Shown here: piece after piece, positions 37,068-51,682 of the stretch | How positions within the stretch are numbered: position 1 is the stretch's first letter | Layout: the number at the start of each line of letters is the position of its first letter | Source: Octopus sinensis | Taxonomy: Eukaryota | Length of the DNA: 64,000 nucleotides | Assembly (NCBI RefSeq): GCF_006345805.1 | Contig: NC_043012.1 | Span: 19,778,001 to 19,842,000, forward strand | Reading direction: 5' to 3' | Notes under the pieces: model-generated | Seen by the model: only the letters and a program-made list of their open reading frames with translations | Told to the model about the DNA's origin: nothing | The model's database searches: none | Translations under genes and position numbers: made by a program

Positions 37068-38274
37068 GTAAGTACGTACATGTCTGCATGTTTATATTAT
37101 TTATATTATTAGATGATTGAATGCGACACATCCACCTCCAAGTAAGTCTCATCTACATAGATATATATATATATATATTGTTCTTAGATTATTTTTAGTC
37201 TTTCGTGGTGATACCTCGCAATGATTTTGACCAGTGCGGTTTATTTTCGTACAACCAATATTGGTTTGTGTAAAAACATGAAATATTGTGATCAATAGGG
37301 ATAATAAATTATTAGTACTTACCTTTGATCAGGAAGTAGAAGAAATTGCTTTTATGTATCGCCCCAGTGAGTGAGATAATTTTCATTCTTCACTAAATAT
37401 ACTTATATACTCACATCTTCATATGTGTGGGTCTCATTTTCTATGCATTTCCGTGTGTGTGTGTGTTTATATGTGTGTGTAAATATATGTGTATATTTGT
37501 ACAGTGAAAGCTACAGGGAGTTGGAAGGAGAGAGATACTAATACACACCCTCGCACAATCACACGCACACTTTAACACATACACAAATGCGTGGCTATAC
37601 GCATGTGTTTATCCTAATCATTGTTAGAGGAAATAGTATGGAATTATCAAGGATGAAAGAAGAAATTATCTGCTTCGAAAATAGCCCAAGTGTAAAGGAG
37701 GGACTTGTTCTTAAATTTACTAAAACGTTATATTTTCATCGCAAAACTGATTTCCCTGGAGATCAAACATAATATATCTCAGATAAACAGCCTAATCAAA
37801 GATGGTCGCTATAATCTGATAGCTGTGTTTGGAACATACTTCGATTGAATTTGGTTACATGGTAGAATGATTATGTACTAAATCATGCATGTTTTATACG
37901 ACATCGAAATTAAATGATTTCAACGTGGAATGAGTTACTGTGCACATAACGCCATTAGAGCAAACAAGTTTAGCTCACTGTGTATCTGTTTGAATTTCAT
38001 TTTAACATTATCCATGATTATTGTGTAGCAAGGATATTTTTATATGCGTCATCGATCAATTTTATCAAGCGCAATGCCGTTATATTTGCATATTAATTGA
38101 ATTTTGAGTGTATAGTTCTTGCTATCAACTTACAACTACTTGTGTTATAATTGATGCTTAATGACAGAGGATGATAAAGCTGTAATAGGTTCATATTCTG
38201 CATTCATTGTATAGGGCTACTATCACAACGTTGATAATTATTTTAATTTCATGTAGATATAGGATTATATATAC

Positions 38275-38325
<51 letters not shown>

Positions 38326-38414
38326 TTCTGCGTATATTTATAGATAGAGCAAGAAAGCGAGAGAGATAGAGAGACTGAGAATAAGAATCAAAGAGAAAGG
38401 GGCGAGAAGAAAAT

Positions 38415-38451
<37 letters not shown>

Positions 38452-38974
38452 TGCATAAATACACACATACATACATAAGTACACACTCATTTCGCACTCG
38501 TCCTTCACTTACCGGAATTACGCTGTTTTCATATGTGTACATACAAACAGATGCACATGTACACACACGCGCACATACACTCACACATGTACACATGCAC
38601 ACACACATACACATATCCATGTAGTGTTTCAGCTATGTTTCTAGCAATGCATTTATATCTATAGTGAATAGATATAAATATATTGCGGTCGAAATATTAG
38701 AAATGAAATAATTCAGAGAATTACATATAGAATATATGCTTAAGTGAAAGATATAAGTATAAACCTAAACGAGCTGAAAGTTCGTATCATTCGTTGTAGT
38801 AAATAATCAAATAAATCTGTAAATATATATATAGTGGTTTGTGGTAATTAATGCAGTGTGTAGTGTTCTGTATTTATATGCTCCCACGAAATGTGACGTA
38901 ATACTTCTATCTTGCTCTTATTTAATGCTTAATGTAACATAAAAACAATAAGTCCTTAATTTTTATTATTCATT

Positions 38975-39385
38975 TATTCTTTTACCAGTTTTAATCATCC
39001 GACTGCGGCCATGTAGGAGCAGCGCCTATATTCGAAAAATCGACCCCAGGACTTCGTAAACCTAGTGCTTATTCTGTCGGTTTCTTTTTGCTAAACTGCT
39101 AAGTTAAAGGGACGTAAACACCAACAACGGTCGTCAAGTGATGGTGGGGGGGGACAAACGCAGACACACAAACACAAACGCACGCGCACACACACACGCA
39201 TACACCCATATACACACACGACAGGCTTCTTTCAGTTTCTGTCTACCAAATCCACTCACAAGACTTTCGTTGCCCCGCGGCTATATCCGAAGGCAGTTGC
39301 CTAGGGTCCCACACAGTGGGACTGAACTGGAACCATGTGGTTGAAAAGCAAGCTTCTTACCATACTGCCACGTTTTCGCCTGTAG
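38975..39385 (-). mobile_element. SINE family B, diverged full length
   Basis: Reverse complement of the family consensus. Confidence 0.85.
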
Positions 39386-39443
39386 TTACATATATATATA
39401 TATATATGTGTGTGTGTGTTTGTGTTTCTGTTGACATGTCTTT

Positions 39444-39608
39444 CTATTCTCCGGTAACGCACCAGTTTCTCACCGCGTAGTAGTCCTTTGTGGGATTTGT
39501 AGAGAGGTTGTGATCACACAAAATGTACAATCTTGTGACTCTTCGAGAATATTCGTTTCTGAAAGTTATATTATAGACCTCAACATGTTCTACTCTTGAA
39601 TCACGCCC
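39444..39608 (-). CDS. Candidate exon, unknown product (GRDSRVEHVEVYNITFRNEYSRRVTRLYILCDHNLSTNPTKDYYAVRNWCVTGE*)
   Basis: A TTTTTAG acceptor precedes 54 open codons. RxTxLxIxCD loosely recalls MRH/M6PR-like domains. Confidence 0.15.
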   Translation of the reverse strand, partial: GRDSRVEHVEVYNITFRNEYSRRVTRLYILCDHNLSTNPTKDYYAVRNWCVTGE

Positions 39609-40819
39609 CTAAAAATGCACGCATTCACCTGATTTGCTATAAGGAAAAGCAGCGACTACAGCGTGCAGAACAGTATCCGAAAACTACACATAGAGGTAAA
39701 ATACAAAAGAAGAGATTATGTGTAGTATAAGATAAGTTGCATATATAAAACATGTGGTACTAAGTTCCCATCCTACAGTATTTAACTCTATCAAATGTTT
39801 AACCCCCAAACTTCCAGCATTGAATTATTCATGTAATATCGTAATCGTTCTTTCTTGGCAGTTATTACGGAGATTAATGAAGAAAGTTTATTCACTGATT
39901 ATGTAACATATACAATTTTATGGTGGTACGTGCATTCTATCTACGAAAATGTGCAAATCGATTATTAAAACCTCAAAATGTGTGTTACGTGCCATACTTT
40001 TCACGATGTTTTGATGCTCAATATAACATAGTTATGTAAAGTTGAACCCGACATTAAATGTTCATACCTATCAACATCCAACAAATACTGTTCCCCGAAT
40101 GTAATAACAAAACTACTTCTCTCGGTTTCCGTTAATATTTCTGAATATTAGATTTGTTTTGATAAATATAATGTAAATACACCGATCTTCATTAATCCTT
40201 ACGGCAGATAGGCAAAACGAGTTAATTAATAAATTGTACAGGATTTCTGCCATTGTCACTTCATTATTTGATTAAATAACTCATTCTGATGATTGTTATA
40301 ACATGAAATCAACAACAGTAGTCCAATCCTATAAACAAATTTTCCTTCGTGACTTTGTCTTTTTTTTGTTATTGTCTATGAATAGCTTACCAGAAAGCAC
40401 ATTAAATGTTATTAATAAGATTAAACGATTTCATAATGGAAAATATAACAAAAATCTTACATACAAAGTAATCAATGCAATTGTAATAATGAAATCACTG
40501 AACTATTTCACAAAATAAAGTACTTTGCTGTATTTCTCTGCTACTCTCTCGCTATACTGCGGGATACATGCATAGGCGCGCTCACAAACAAAACACTCAT
40601 AACCACAGCCCATCATACACATATATATATGTATGTATGTAATGTATGTACGTATGTATGTATGTATGTATGTATGTATGTATGTATGTATGTATGTTTA
40701 TATATGTGTGTGTATTTGTGTGTATGTGTGTATGTGTGTGTTTGTGTATATGTGTATATATATATGTATATCTATTATATATATGTGTGAATATATGTAT
40801 ATATATGTACGTCTCTCTC

Positions 40820-40866
<47 letters not shown>

Positions 40867-41485
40867 GCGTGTGTGTATGTGTGTGTATAAGTATTCGTGT
40901 GAATACAGAAATTGCGCATCTATATAATTTTCGTGATAACGACAACAAAAGTAGAAGTTGATTTGAATTTTGGCAGAAGTCAGAGACTTCATGGTGAACG
41001 TGTTGTCGATAATCGAAGTTAGCACTTGGCTGCTATTTCGTTTAGTAATTTTAAGGGAACGAAAAACAATTCTGTGGCGATGGGTTATGAAATCAGAACA
41101 GAAAAATCCGAATGAAATAACATTAACCATTTCATCCGGAACACCCTACACTGTATCGGTTCAATCTCTTAATGATTTTTTTCCTACTATTGGTAGGCCT
41201 TGATTTTGGTTGAGGCGGACAAGTGCTCTAGTTCATGATACAGACCACAGAGCAGAATTGTGACATATTTCATCTATCTCGAAAAGATAAGAGAAAAAAA
41301 ATCGACCTCGGTGGTGTTTGAAGTCTGAATGTAAAGTTCAGGTAGAAGGGCCATTATAAATTTTGTTCGATGCGCCTCGAATTCTGCCAATTCACAGATT
41401 AATTTAACGGTAATAATTGTTTCCTATTATCTATTTTTGTGCATGATGTTATTTGTTTACGTTAACCTCGATATTCAACACACAC

Positions 41486-41563
<78 letters not shown>

Positions 41564-41707
41564 TACCAGATAAGTGGACAGATAATAAGAACATGTGTTC
41601 GTGTGAGTGTGTGTGTTCGCATATGTACCTATGATGTGCGCGTGTGAGTGTGTGTGCTTATATACAGGTGCAGAGATATACATACAAACATATATATGCC
41701 TACGTAT

Positions 41708-41747
<40 letters not shown>

Positions 41748-43847
41748 GTAGGTTTGTATATGTATGTGTATATGCGTGTAACTCAATGCAGCATATATCA
41801 TTCGACTTTACAGATATACTTATATATATATATATTAATATATACATATATATAATATATATATTATGTATATATATATATATATATATATATAAATATA
41901 TATATACCTTCTACCATGTGTGCGTGCATATCTTGGCTTGTATGTCTGCTTCAAATTTTACATATATGTAGGTATGTTTGATTACATTATATTACGAACT
42001 TAATTAAATCAGTAATTAAATGTTTATTCATGATTTTCCATTTATAATATGATTATGACGTAATACCATTTGTTTACTTTCCTGAACAATATTACCTCCT
42101 GAGGCTTGTGATTAATAATCAACATTCACAATGACAAATTGATTAAACTAGTCTTTGTCTAGGAACAACGCAATTATAACAAGGGTCATTACTACTTTTA
42201 GGCCTTTATAATGTGCATGAATTCAAAGGTATATTACACCGGAGGATTGAATTTCCCTTTTCTTTATTTTTGGAATTCATAAGTAAAAGTTTTAAAGCAA
42301 AACAAGACAACGGTTTTGCTTAATCTGTGACTAAGACTGTATGTGTGTGTGTATGTGTGTGTGTGTGTGTGTGTTAGTAGAGAATAGTACATCGTTATAG
42401 ATTTAAGCGTTGTTGAATGATTATATTTTGCTATATGTGTGTATTTAAATCTCATACACAGAATACAAGACTAACATCACCTAATTTTTTCCCTACGTGT
42501 TGGTGTGTGATTTACATACAGTCTTCAACACTGTGTTGTATTTTTGTATATGTCACTCATATCTAAAACAAATTGGTTTCTGGTTTGTCTACATAGTCCG
42601 ATATACAATAATTGCATCGGAGAATGAAAAATAAGTTAAGAGGTGTTTCATCAATATATTTTTCGTTTTCTGATCAAGGTAGGGTACAGCGATGGAGATA
42701 CAGACTTCCTGCGAATAAAACCGTATTAGTACAAATTAATTTTTTCTAGTAGGTTTAGTGCTGACATAAATGGTTCTGCCGTTCGTCATTAAGTCAATGA
42801 AATTTGAAATTTGCTGTGTGAATATCGTTATTTCTTATTAATTGTAAAATAGACGTTTAAAGAGTAAAATTTGTACTTAATATTTCAATTAATGTATATT
42901 TAATTTTAAGCGGATCTCCCACCCCATGCATTACTTTCACCAGTCCAGTGGAGCCTGAGAATCCGTCAGAGCAGTTCGTTAAAAGATAAGGTCTACTCGG
43001 TAAGAAATTACCTCTTCCCCTGAAATTGCTGACCTTATGCCAAGACATTTGAAATTTGAACCCAATATTATCCGAAACATTAGTTGACCCTAATCAATGG
43101 GTGTATTATATTATTATTTATTAGAACGAATCCTAGAATGATATGGCCAATGCCATCTTATTGATTTTAAATATTAGTACATATCATTACCTATCCATAT
43201 AACGAAATTTCGCTGAATTATGCTCTTTGTCCCATCTTTTCAACACATTGTATGACGGAGGATAACCATTAACCGCTGTAAAACTTTTATAACTATCCAC
43301 TAAGAAGAGAATTATTACTAATTTAAGCAAAATGATATTTTGTTACGGAGGGAAAGACATTTGATGAAATAAACATTTGACAGATACTTATTTTATTGGC
43401 TGCGGAAAGATAAAAACACGTTTGACCTTGGCAGACAGTCTCAAAACAGTCCCATTAGAAATCAATAAGAAAACGAAAGACAATATTACACTATGGCTGT
43501 ATTTAAAGGTATTAACCTTTTAAATGACTCAACAGAGAGAGACTTATTAAATTAATTTGCCATGAAACATCTGTTCACAATGTGATAGTCAAAACATTAC
43601 TCCAATATTATAGTTTTGCTAGCAATAAATATCAAAATACCGATGCAGCTCTATCGGAGGCGTAATTGGTATTAATCATAAAATTAGAATATATTCTTCA
43701 TAATTCAGAAAATAGCAATACAATACGGAGTCCCATTATGTAGTTATGTGTCACAAAAAAGCTTTATAATATTATTCATCAATGTAAACTAGACATACAC
43801 TCAACAAAAACTATTAGTTTATATTATGTTTATGTGCGTATATCTTT

Positions 43848-43903
<56 letters not shown>

Positions 43904-44040
43904 ATATATATATACATATTTATATACATATATATATACATATAATATACATATATATATATAATCTGGTGTACATATGTATAATTATATATACATATAT
44001 ACCTATATAAATACACACATACATGCATGCACACACACTG

Positions 44041-44091
<51 letters not shown>

Positions 44092-45824
44092 AGAATTAAA
44101 ATTGGTGGAGTGAATAAAATGGATGCGAATATAAACATTTCTTTAACTGTCGACTCACATGAGTTGTCCATTTATCATTTGCTATCAAGAGAATTGATGC
44201 ATGCATGATAAATGAGAATACGAACAAAATAAAACTGGAAACCTACACTCTTTGTTAACAGTTAAACAAAAGTAGAGTAGACTAAAATAGAAGTTTAAGC
44301 ATTTTCAACTAATTCACTACAGGGGATAGAATAAACACAGATCTTTTCTCGCATACCATCACATTAGTTTTCAATCACCATCTTATTTAATATTTTCTAA
44401 ACCGATTTCATTATACTGTTTTAATAGACAATATGAGATTTGTTTATGTTGACTAAACCCAGAGGTTTTAGTAAATATTCCTTTCGAGGAGTAGGGAATA
44501 TAGGGAAAGCAATATCAATTTTACTCTTGATTGTTTCATGGAGAATTTTTTTGCGGGGTATAACAGTTTGCATGTATCTTGCACATATAACTGTAATGCG
44601 TAGAATAATAATTTGTGAATACTCGGAGATATTTTAACAAATGATTAATTTCAAGATCATGCAGATTTCAATCTGATGGGTGGCATAATCAATTGATTCC
44701 CTATCAAGTTACGTTTGATCCTTGAGTGATTGAAGTTTAAATCCGGTCAGCATTGTTTGAATAAAAAGTTTAACAGGGAAGATAGTCGTTCGTTAAACAG
44801 AGGCTATATAATCGCAGACACGAGGGTGGATTACTGTACAATACGCAAGTTTATAAGGGAGTTGAACGCCTTTAATATCCTTCAGGAAAAGATGAAATGA
44901 TTATTCCGAGCTTTAACATTGGTGAACATAGACAGCAGGAAAAGAGAACATGTTTACTATAAAAGGTGATAACAATCACCATAGTGTTCACTCTTTGCAC
45001 TCACGTACCCATTATATGTATCTAATATTAGTAACAACAATGCAACAGCAATGACATTATAGGGTACAGTTTTATTTACCACAGACATTTCTAATTACCA
45101 CACCTTCAGAATTTGCATAATTCTATAATTACTCGACATGTAAATGGCGGTGCCCCAGCATGGCCACAGCTCATAAGCTGAAACTGGAAAAATCAAAATC
45201 AAATCAAATCATGTACATAAAGCATCGGTGCGTGCAATATTCTTTAAACAGGGTGCGGAAATTTATTAGTCCTGTTGCATATAATGATACAATATTTCTG
45301 TTCATTACTTTTCCTGAGATCGTTGTTAATTTTATTTTTTGAGGAAATTTGTCTATTTTGGATGCGTCTCTCGTTACGATAAATCAGCGTTACTACCATC
45401 TGTTACCCAAAGGCAGCTGAAACATAATTCAATTGCCCATTGAATGTCTAAATTTTGGGTTCTTCAGGTCAAGCTAAGTTTCCAGATCTGTTATCAAATT
45501 GGTAAGTTTCCTACCGACTGGTATCATATGTTGTCTATCCTGTAGTTGTCTGTTAATGTAACTGTCGAAGATTCACTTTGTATTTTCTGCGACTTGTCTT
45601 TGAATATTATATATTCTTCCCTCGGTTTGCTTTCTTGATAGACAGCTACTGTCCATTTATGTAATGGAGCATACTTAAGTAAATGTTAATGTTGTTATTG
45701 TTGCCGCTTCTATCGTGATTCATTTCCTTCAAGAATTACTCTGGAAAGCAAACCATTCACCTGTTAAGTAGTCGGCAAGATAAACAACATCTTATTTCTC
45801 ATCAGAGATGTTTGCTCTCATATA

Positions 45825-46488
45825 TACGTGAGTACTCGAGATTCTCCGCTAACTATATAACGATGCGTTTTCCAACATGGATGCGAACACCTTTCTCCAT
45901 GTGATCGGTTTGAAAAATTGTTAACGCTTAATTGTTAACGCTTAATTGCGAACGGCTGTTCCTCTATTTTCATGAGATCTTTACATTTTACAGGAATTAA
46001 ATGTTTGATCCATTTCATACGTCCCATGGATACCCTCTCGATTGTTCATTGATGTACTATGGGTGACACCGTTTTTGTGACTGGACATAGTATATGAGCA
46101 TTCTTTCAAGGAGTGGTGTTTAGTTGATATTCACAGCTCCATCACAGTATTCTCTAAAGGGATATTTCGTTAGATTTATATGCGTCTGTGCATGATGTGC
46201 GTCGGTGTAAATTTTAATTCTTACAAAACATTTTCAAGGAAAACTTAATCACGCCATATTACGATTCCCACAGCGCACATGTACGTACAGAAAATAACAA
46301 CGCACGCTATACCAATTTTTTCAGTGGGTGAAATTTATCAGATTCGGGAGACTTGCTATATTAGCACGCGCGCACCCGTGTGTGTATGGCAGTTGTATAA
46401 ATACGATTATATAATTATGAGTGGGTACTATATATCTGGGTACACGTATACATAATCATATATATGCACTTATACTTATATTAGTAAA

Positions 46489-46527
<39 letters not shown>

Positions 46528-47030
46528 TATATATATATTACTATTTTACTTGTTTCAGTCATTGACTGCGGCCATGCTGGAGCACCGCCTTTAGTAGAGC
46601 AAATCGACCCCGGGACTTATTCTTTGTAAGCCCAGTACTTATTCTATCGGTCTCTTTTGCCGAACCGCTAAGTGACGGGGACGTAAACACACCAGCATCG
46701 GTTGTCAAGCAATGCTAGGGGGACAAACACAGACACACAAACACACACACATACACATATATATATATACATATATACGACAGGCTTCTTTCAGTTTCGG
46801 TCTACCAAATCCACTCACAAGGCATTGGTCGGCCCGGGGCTATAGCAGAAGACACTTGCCCAAATCCAAGGGAAGCAAATATCCGAAAGGTGACACTCAG
46901 GAGTAACGTTTCTTGATTCAATGATTCATTGTTTATGTACGTGAGTACGCGAGATTCTCCGCTAACTATATGACGATGCGTTTTCCAACATGGATGCGAA
47001 CACCTTTCTCCACGTGATCGGTTTGAAAAA
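45825..47030 (+). repeat. 93-bp direct repeats (45825-45917 and 46938-47030), 3 mismatches
   Basis: TACGTGAGTAC.CGAGATTCTCCGCTAACTATAT.ACGATGCGTTTTCCAACATGGATGCGAACACCTTTCTCCA.GTGATCGGTTTGAAAAA occurs twice. Confidence 0.92.
46540..46862 (-). mobile_element. SINE family B, lacking its tRNA head
   Basis: Matches the family up to CACTTGCCCAA, then switches to unrelated sequence. Confidence 0.88.
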
Positions 47031-47126
47031 TAAATAAATTGTGTCCAGCAATGCGGTGCTGAGCACTGATTTTCATTGTTCGACATTTAAGTATGCATGT
47101 ATGTATGTAGCTATATTACTAACTAT

Positions 47127-47242
<116 letters not shown>

Positions 47243-47280
47243 CATGTGTGTGTGTATATGCTTATACATATACAAATATA

Positions 47281-47311
<31 letters not shown>

Positions 47312-49046
47312 ATATATATATTATACATATATATATAGAGAGAATGGCGCTGCCCCAGCATGGCCACAGCTCGTCAGCTGAAACTAGATAAAATTTTTTA
47401 AATCTTTTAAATATATATATATATGTTTAAACATGTATTTATGTATATACATATATATATAGAGAGAGAGATAGAGACATAGAGATGTGTGTGGGTGTGT
47501 GTGGGTGGGTGTGTGTGTGTATGTGCATGTATGTGTGTGTGTGTGTGAGGGTGTTTGCGTGTCTAATTTTTCAATTCTAAGAAATGTTTCTTCGTTTTCT
47601 ATAATTTATACTTCGTGAAATTTACGACTGCTGCCTGTCAAAAATACTCAAATATGGTAGCACTAAATTCCACGAGTTTCAGATGTTAAAAAATATTTAG
47701 TGCACACGTACATGTATATATATTTATGTGTGTCTGCGTTTGTGTCTGTGTGTGTGTGATACCCGGTGAATGCCTGTTGAAAATTGTTGATGGCTTCTTA
47801 AGTTGTAATTACAATATTTCATCAAACGGTATGGTGACTAATCTAAGTTGACAGATAACGATTTAAATCAGAAGTAACTATTCCAACAGTTAATTGTGAA
47901 GTTTTCGTTGAGGCAGAAAAATAATGGAGTTCGAATTTCGAAAGATGTTCTTCAGTGATTTATGTAATTTATCAATTTTTTCTTCTTTTTTTTTCCTTTT
48001 TGTTTTAAATGCAATTTTCCTCAAAATGTGGGAGAAATAAGCTACAGACAAAGAACTAAAAATTGGGTCAGTGAAATCTGTTTTGTCTCTTTTCTTTCAC
48101 GTCCGTCTTTCTTAGCACAATCCAGCTTCAAGAGAAATGCACATTGTATACAGCACGTGCACTGGGGAATGTCACTTCTGGTCAAAGACATGGTTTGGAT
48201 GATTGTTGTTGCAATCAGATACATCCTTGCATCTTTTTTCGTAAATAGTGAAAGGCCGCTATCCACTAACCAACGTTTTAGCATATTGTTTCCACTTATT
48301 TCATTCGAAAAGAATATATACTCGGCCAATCTATCCTTGTGCTGCCTTGTGCATTGAACCAGAAACCAGGTTTTCGTGCATTACATGTACGGAAACAAAC
48401 ATCAGACATGTACACCAATGTTTACACACCCACAAATGCAGAAGCTAGTCTTCAGAAATGAATTATCCTGAATCGGTGAGCATGAATATTTAAGTAGAAT
48501 AAAAATCTATAAATATTAAGAGTAATTTCAAGTACATATGTTAAATTATACAAGTAGATTATACATCTCAATCTATATTTAGTTTATGTGGATAATTCAT
48601 TAGAGCAAACTAAATAAAATCAAACGAAGTAAAATATACTTTCAATAGACCTATCATTCCGAAACGAAAATACATTGTTTACAATTGATTTAAAAAGTTC
48701 AGAATGGGATTGACTGCATTAATATTATTATATTTCAGAAAATGCTTCTATAGCTCATGCATCATGAAAAAAAAAAATCCGACTTCTGAGAAATGGTACA
48801 TGCAAGACCGATCAATCTATATCGCTATTGAAAGAAGAATTAAAAGAATTGCATTAAATCGTATATCATCCATCGGAATATCCATATATTATAGATGTGT
48901 TGCCGCGCTTGTTTCCCCTCGTATGCTTGTTTGCGTAGTTTTGTGGCGAATATATATATATATATATATATATATAGTATATATCTTATATATTATATAT
49001 ATATATAATATATATATATATAATACATATATATACACATACATAC

Positions 49047-49080
<34 letters not shown>

Positions 49081-49275
49081 ATACATACATATAATATATA
49101 TGTATACATTTATATATATATATATACTTATATATATATAATATATATACTTATATATATGCATATATATTTATATAGACATATATCATGATATTATGTA
49201 TATATATATATGTATATACATGTATATATGTAAATATATATGTTATGTATATATATATTATGTATATAGATATGC

Positions 49276-49327
<52 letters not shown>

Positions 49328-50418
49328 GGAGGTGTTTTGTGGTTATGTATTCATAAAATATACATTTATCCACAGTGTGAACTTCCATGACATCAATTTA
49401 TGCACTGTCCTATATAGAAACTTTCATTTGAACAGTGGCATCTGTTTCCTGACTTGCTGTATTCGTTCTCAAACAATAAGGTATATTCATTTAACTACAG
49501 TCCACTCTGAATCTTTAATACCAAATGGTACACCACGAAACCATTCTTATATTACATTTTATATTTCATAGAACAAGAATAAAGTGAAGGTAAATGAACG
49601 TACATGCATGGTTACATTCGCTGTACATTGCAATATTACATTCAATATCCTCGTTACATTTGAAACTGAATTTTCAATATATTTACTGTATTGACATTTA
49701 CGCAAACTTCATTTGTTAAAGTCAGATGTCATCTTTCTAATCATTAGTTTTGTTCAAGATGACTTAATACGTTTACGTGTAGTTAATGATTCAATTGATT
49801 TCACCTTTTATAAATTGGCCATTTTCTTACACTGGAAAACGACGCCGTGTATTGAATGAAAGTCCTTTCCTTAGGTGCTTTTATCGGGTGATTTCATTGC
49901 TCTTTGTCCAACTGACATCTTTTCTCATCTACGTAGCTATTTATTCATCATGCACTACCTGATCTAAATAAAGTATATATTTTCCATTAACCAATCAGTC
50001 AGTAATAATTCCTATGCCTTCAGCGCACAGATAATTCCAATTTCTATATCATGGATTATGAAGTTCACTTCCATATTAGTTTACTGCTAAGGAACAACAA
50101 AGGAAAAGAATTTTCTGAGGTATTATGGAATATGTCTTGCTCAGTATTTCATTTCCAAGAGAAAGGAAACGTGTAATTGGCATTTCAATTATTTGAGGGG
50201 AAAACACGCAGATTTCATAGATAGGTGCATGAAGAGAGAGCCAACCAGCTAGGTTGATAGCAAATAAATACACAGATTTATGTGATAGATATGAATTTAT
50301 GTATCTAATATATATGCATATATTATATATAAACACCTATATATATATATATATATATGCATACACATACACACACGGACACATATATACATATATACGT
50401 ACATAAAACATACAAATG

Positions 50419-50457
<39 letters not shown>

Positions 50458-50562
50458 GAGAGAGAGTGAGAGAAAGAAAGAGATCGTTAGATGTATTGAT
50501 CATCGTTAGATGTATTGATAGACAGATAGATCGATAGGTATACAATGGTATATATATATATT

Positions 50563-51454
50563 CTGTAGCCATGATAAAACTCCGAGTTTCGGATGCCGCG
50601 GTGGAAATCCACGCCGCCATCACTTCAGTTATCCGGCCATTGCAAAAATGCTATGACAAATGACCGTTATACAAAGGGAAATTACTGTGTGATTGACTGT
50701 TATTAAGACAAAAGATATATTCGAATGACCGCTAATTAAGGGAGTAAAAAGTTCATATTTGCGTCAACGCGCCTGTTCTTAGCTACACTTGTGCGCCGCA
50801 CACCCATGTGCGTACGCCTAAAATACTACATCTATCTACCCTCACTTGAAAACGTAAACATCCTCACTCCCTTCCTTCGCCAAATATATATGTAGCATAT
50901 ACATACAAACCCACACACACACACGCGCGCACCATAAAGGTCCCTACACACGTCTACATATGCACAAACACAAGAAACAACAGGTTTAAGGGTAACAATA
51001 CAGAAGAAAGGCATAAGGAACTATACAAAGAGTAAACCACGTCTATATACGCACATACCCTTATGCATGCAGACACACACGCACTCACAAAAACGATTAT
51101 ACATACGTATAACAAGAAAGAACAGGGCAAAGTTAAAAATACAGGAAAATGTTTAAAAACACTGAGTAAAATACGTCTATATACGAAGAATGAGAGTGAG
51201 GATGTGTACGTTTTCAAGTGACGGTGGATGAATGTATAATTTTAGGCGCACGCACGTGGTGTGCGGGCGCACATGTGTAGGTACGAATAGGCGCGCTAAC
51301 GCAAATGCTATGAATATTTTGCCCCCTTACTTTACTCCCTTACTTAGCGGTCATTCGAACATGTATATATCAATATATATACATAATTATACATATACAT
51401 TTGTGTGTGTATCAATGTACATACATTCATATATCAATATATATATTTATATAA

Positions 51455-51498
<44 letters not shown>

Positions 51499-51682
51499 CA
51501 ATATATATATTATTATGCATATATTTAGCTCTTTTGTCTTAATAACGGTCAATAACACAGTAATTTCCCTTTGTATAACGGTCATTTTTCATAGCATTTT
51601 CCCGATGGCCGGATAACTGAAGAGATGGTGGCGTGGATTTCCGCCCCGGCATCCGAAATTCGGAGTTTTATCATGGCTACAG
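50563..51682. mobile_element. ~1.1-kb fold-back / non-autonomous DNA transposon with long imperfect TIRs
   Basis: CTGTAGCCATGATAAAACTCCGA.TTTCGGATGCCG is mirrored at 51682. Arm homology extends ~310 bp inward (to CTTGAAAACGTA.ACATCCTCACTC), and the right arm is interrupted by ~170 bp of (TA)n. TA lies on the right flank. Confidence 0.85.

Noticed and set aside
40970-41203. ITLTISSGTPYTVSVQSLN resembling a fibronectin-III C-terminal strand
   Set aside because: The rest of the ORF lacks the FN3 Trp/Tyr pattern, and there are no convincing splice sites.
48028-48448. Overlapping 95-109 aa ORFs on both strands
   Set aside because: No recognisable domain and no supporting splice signals
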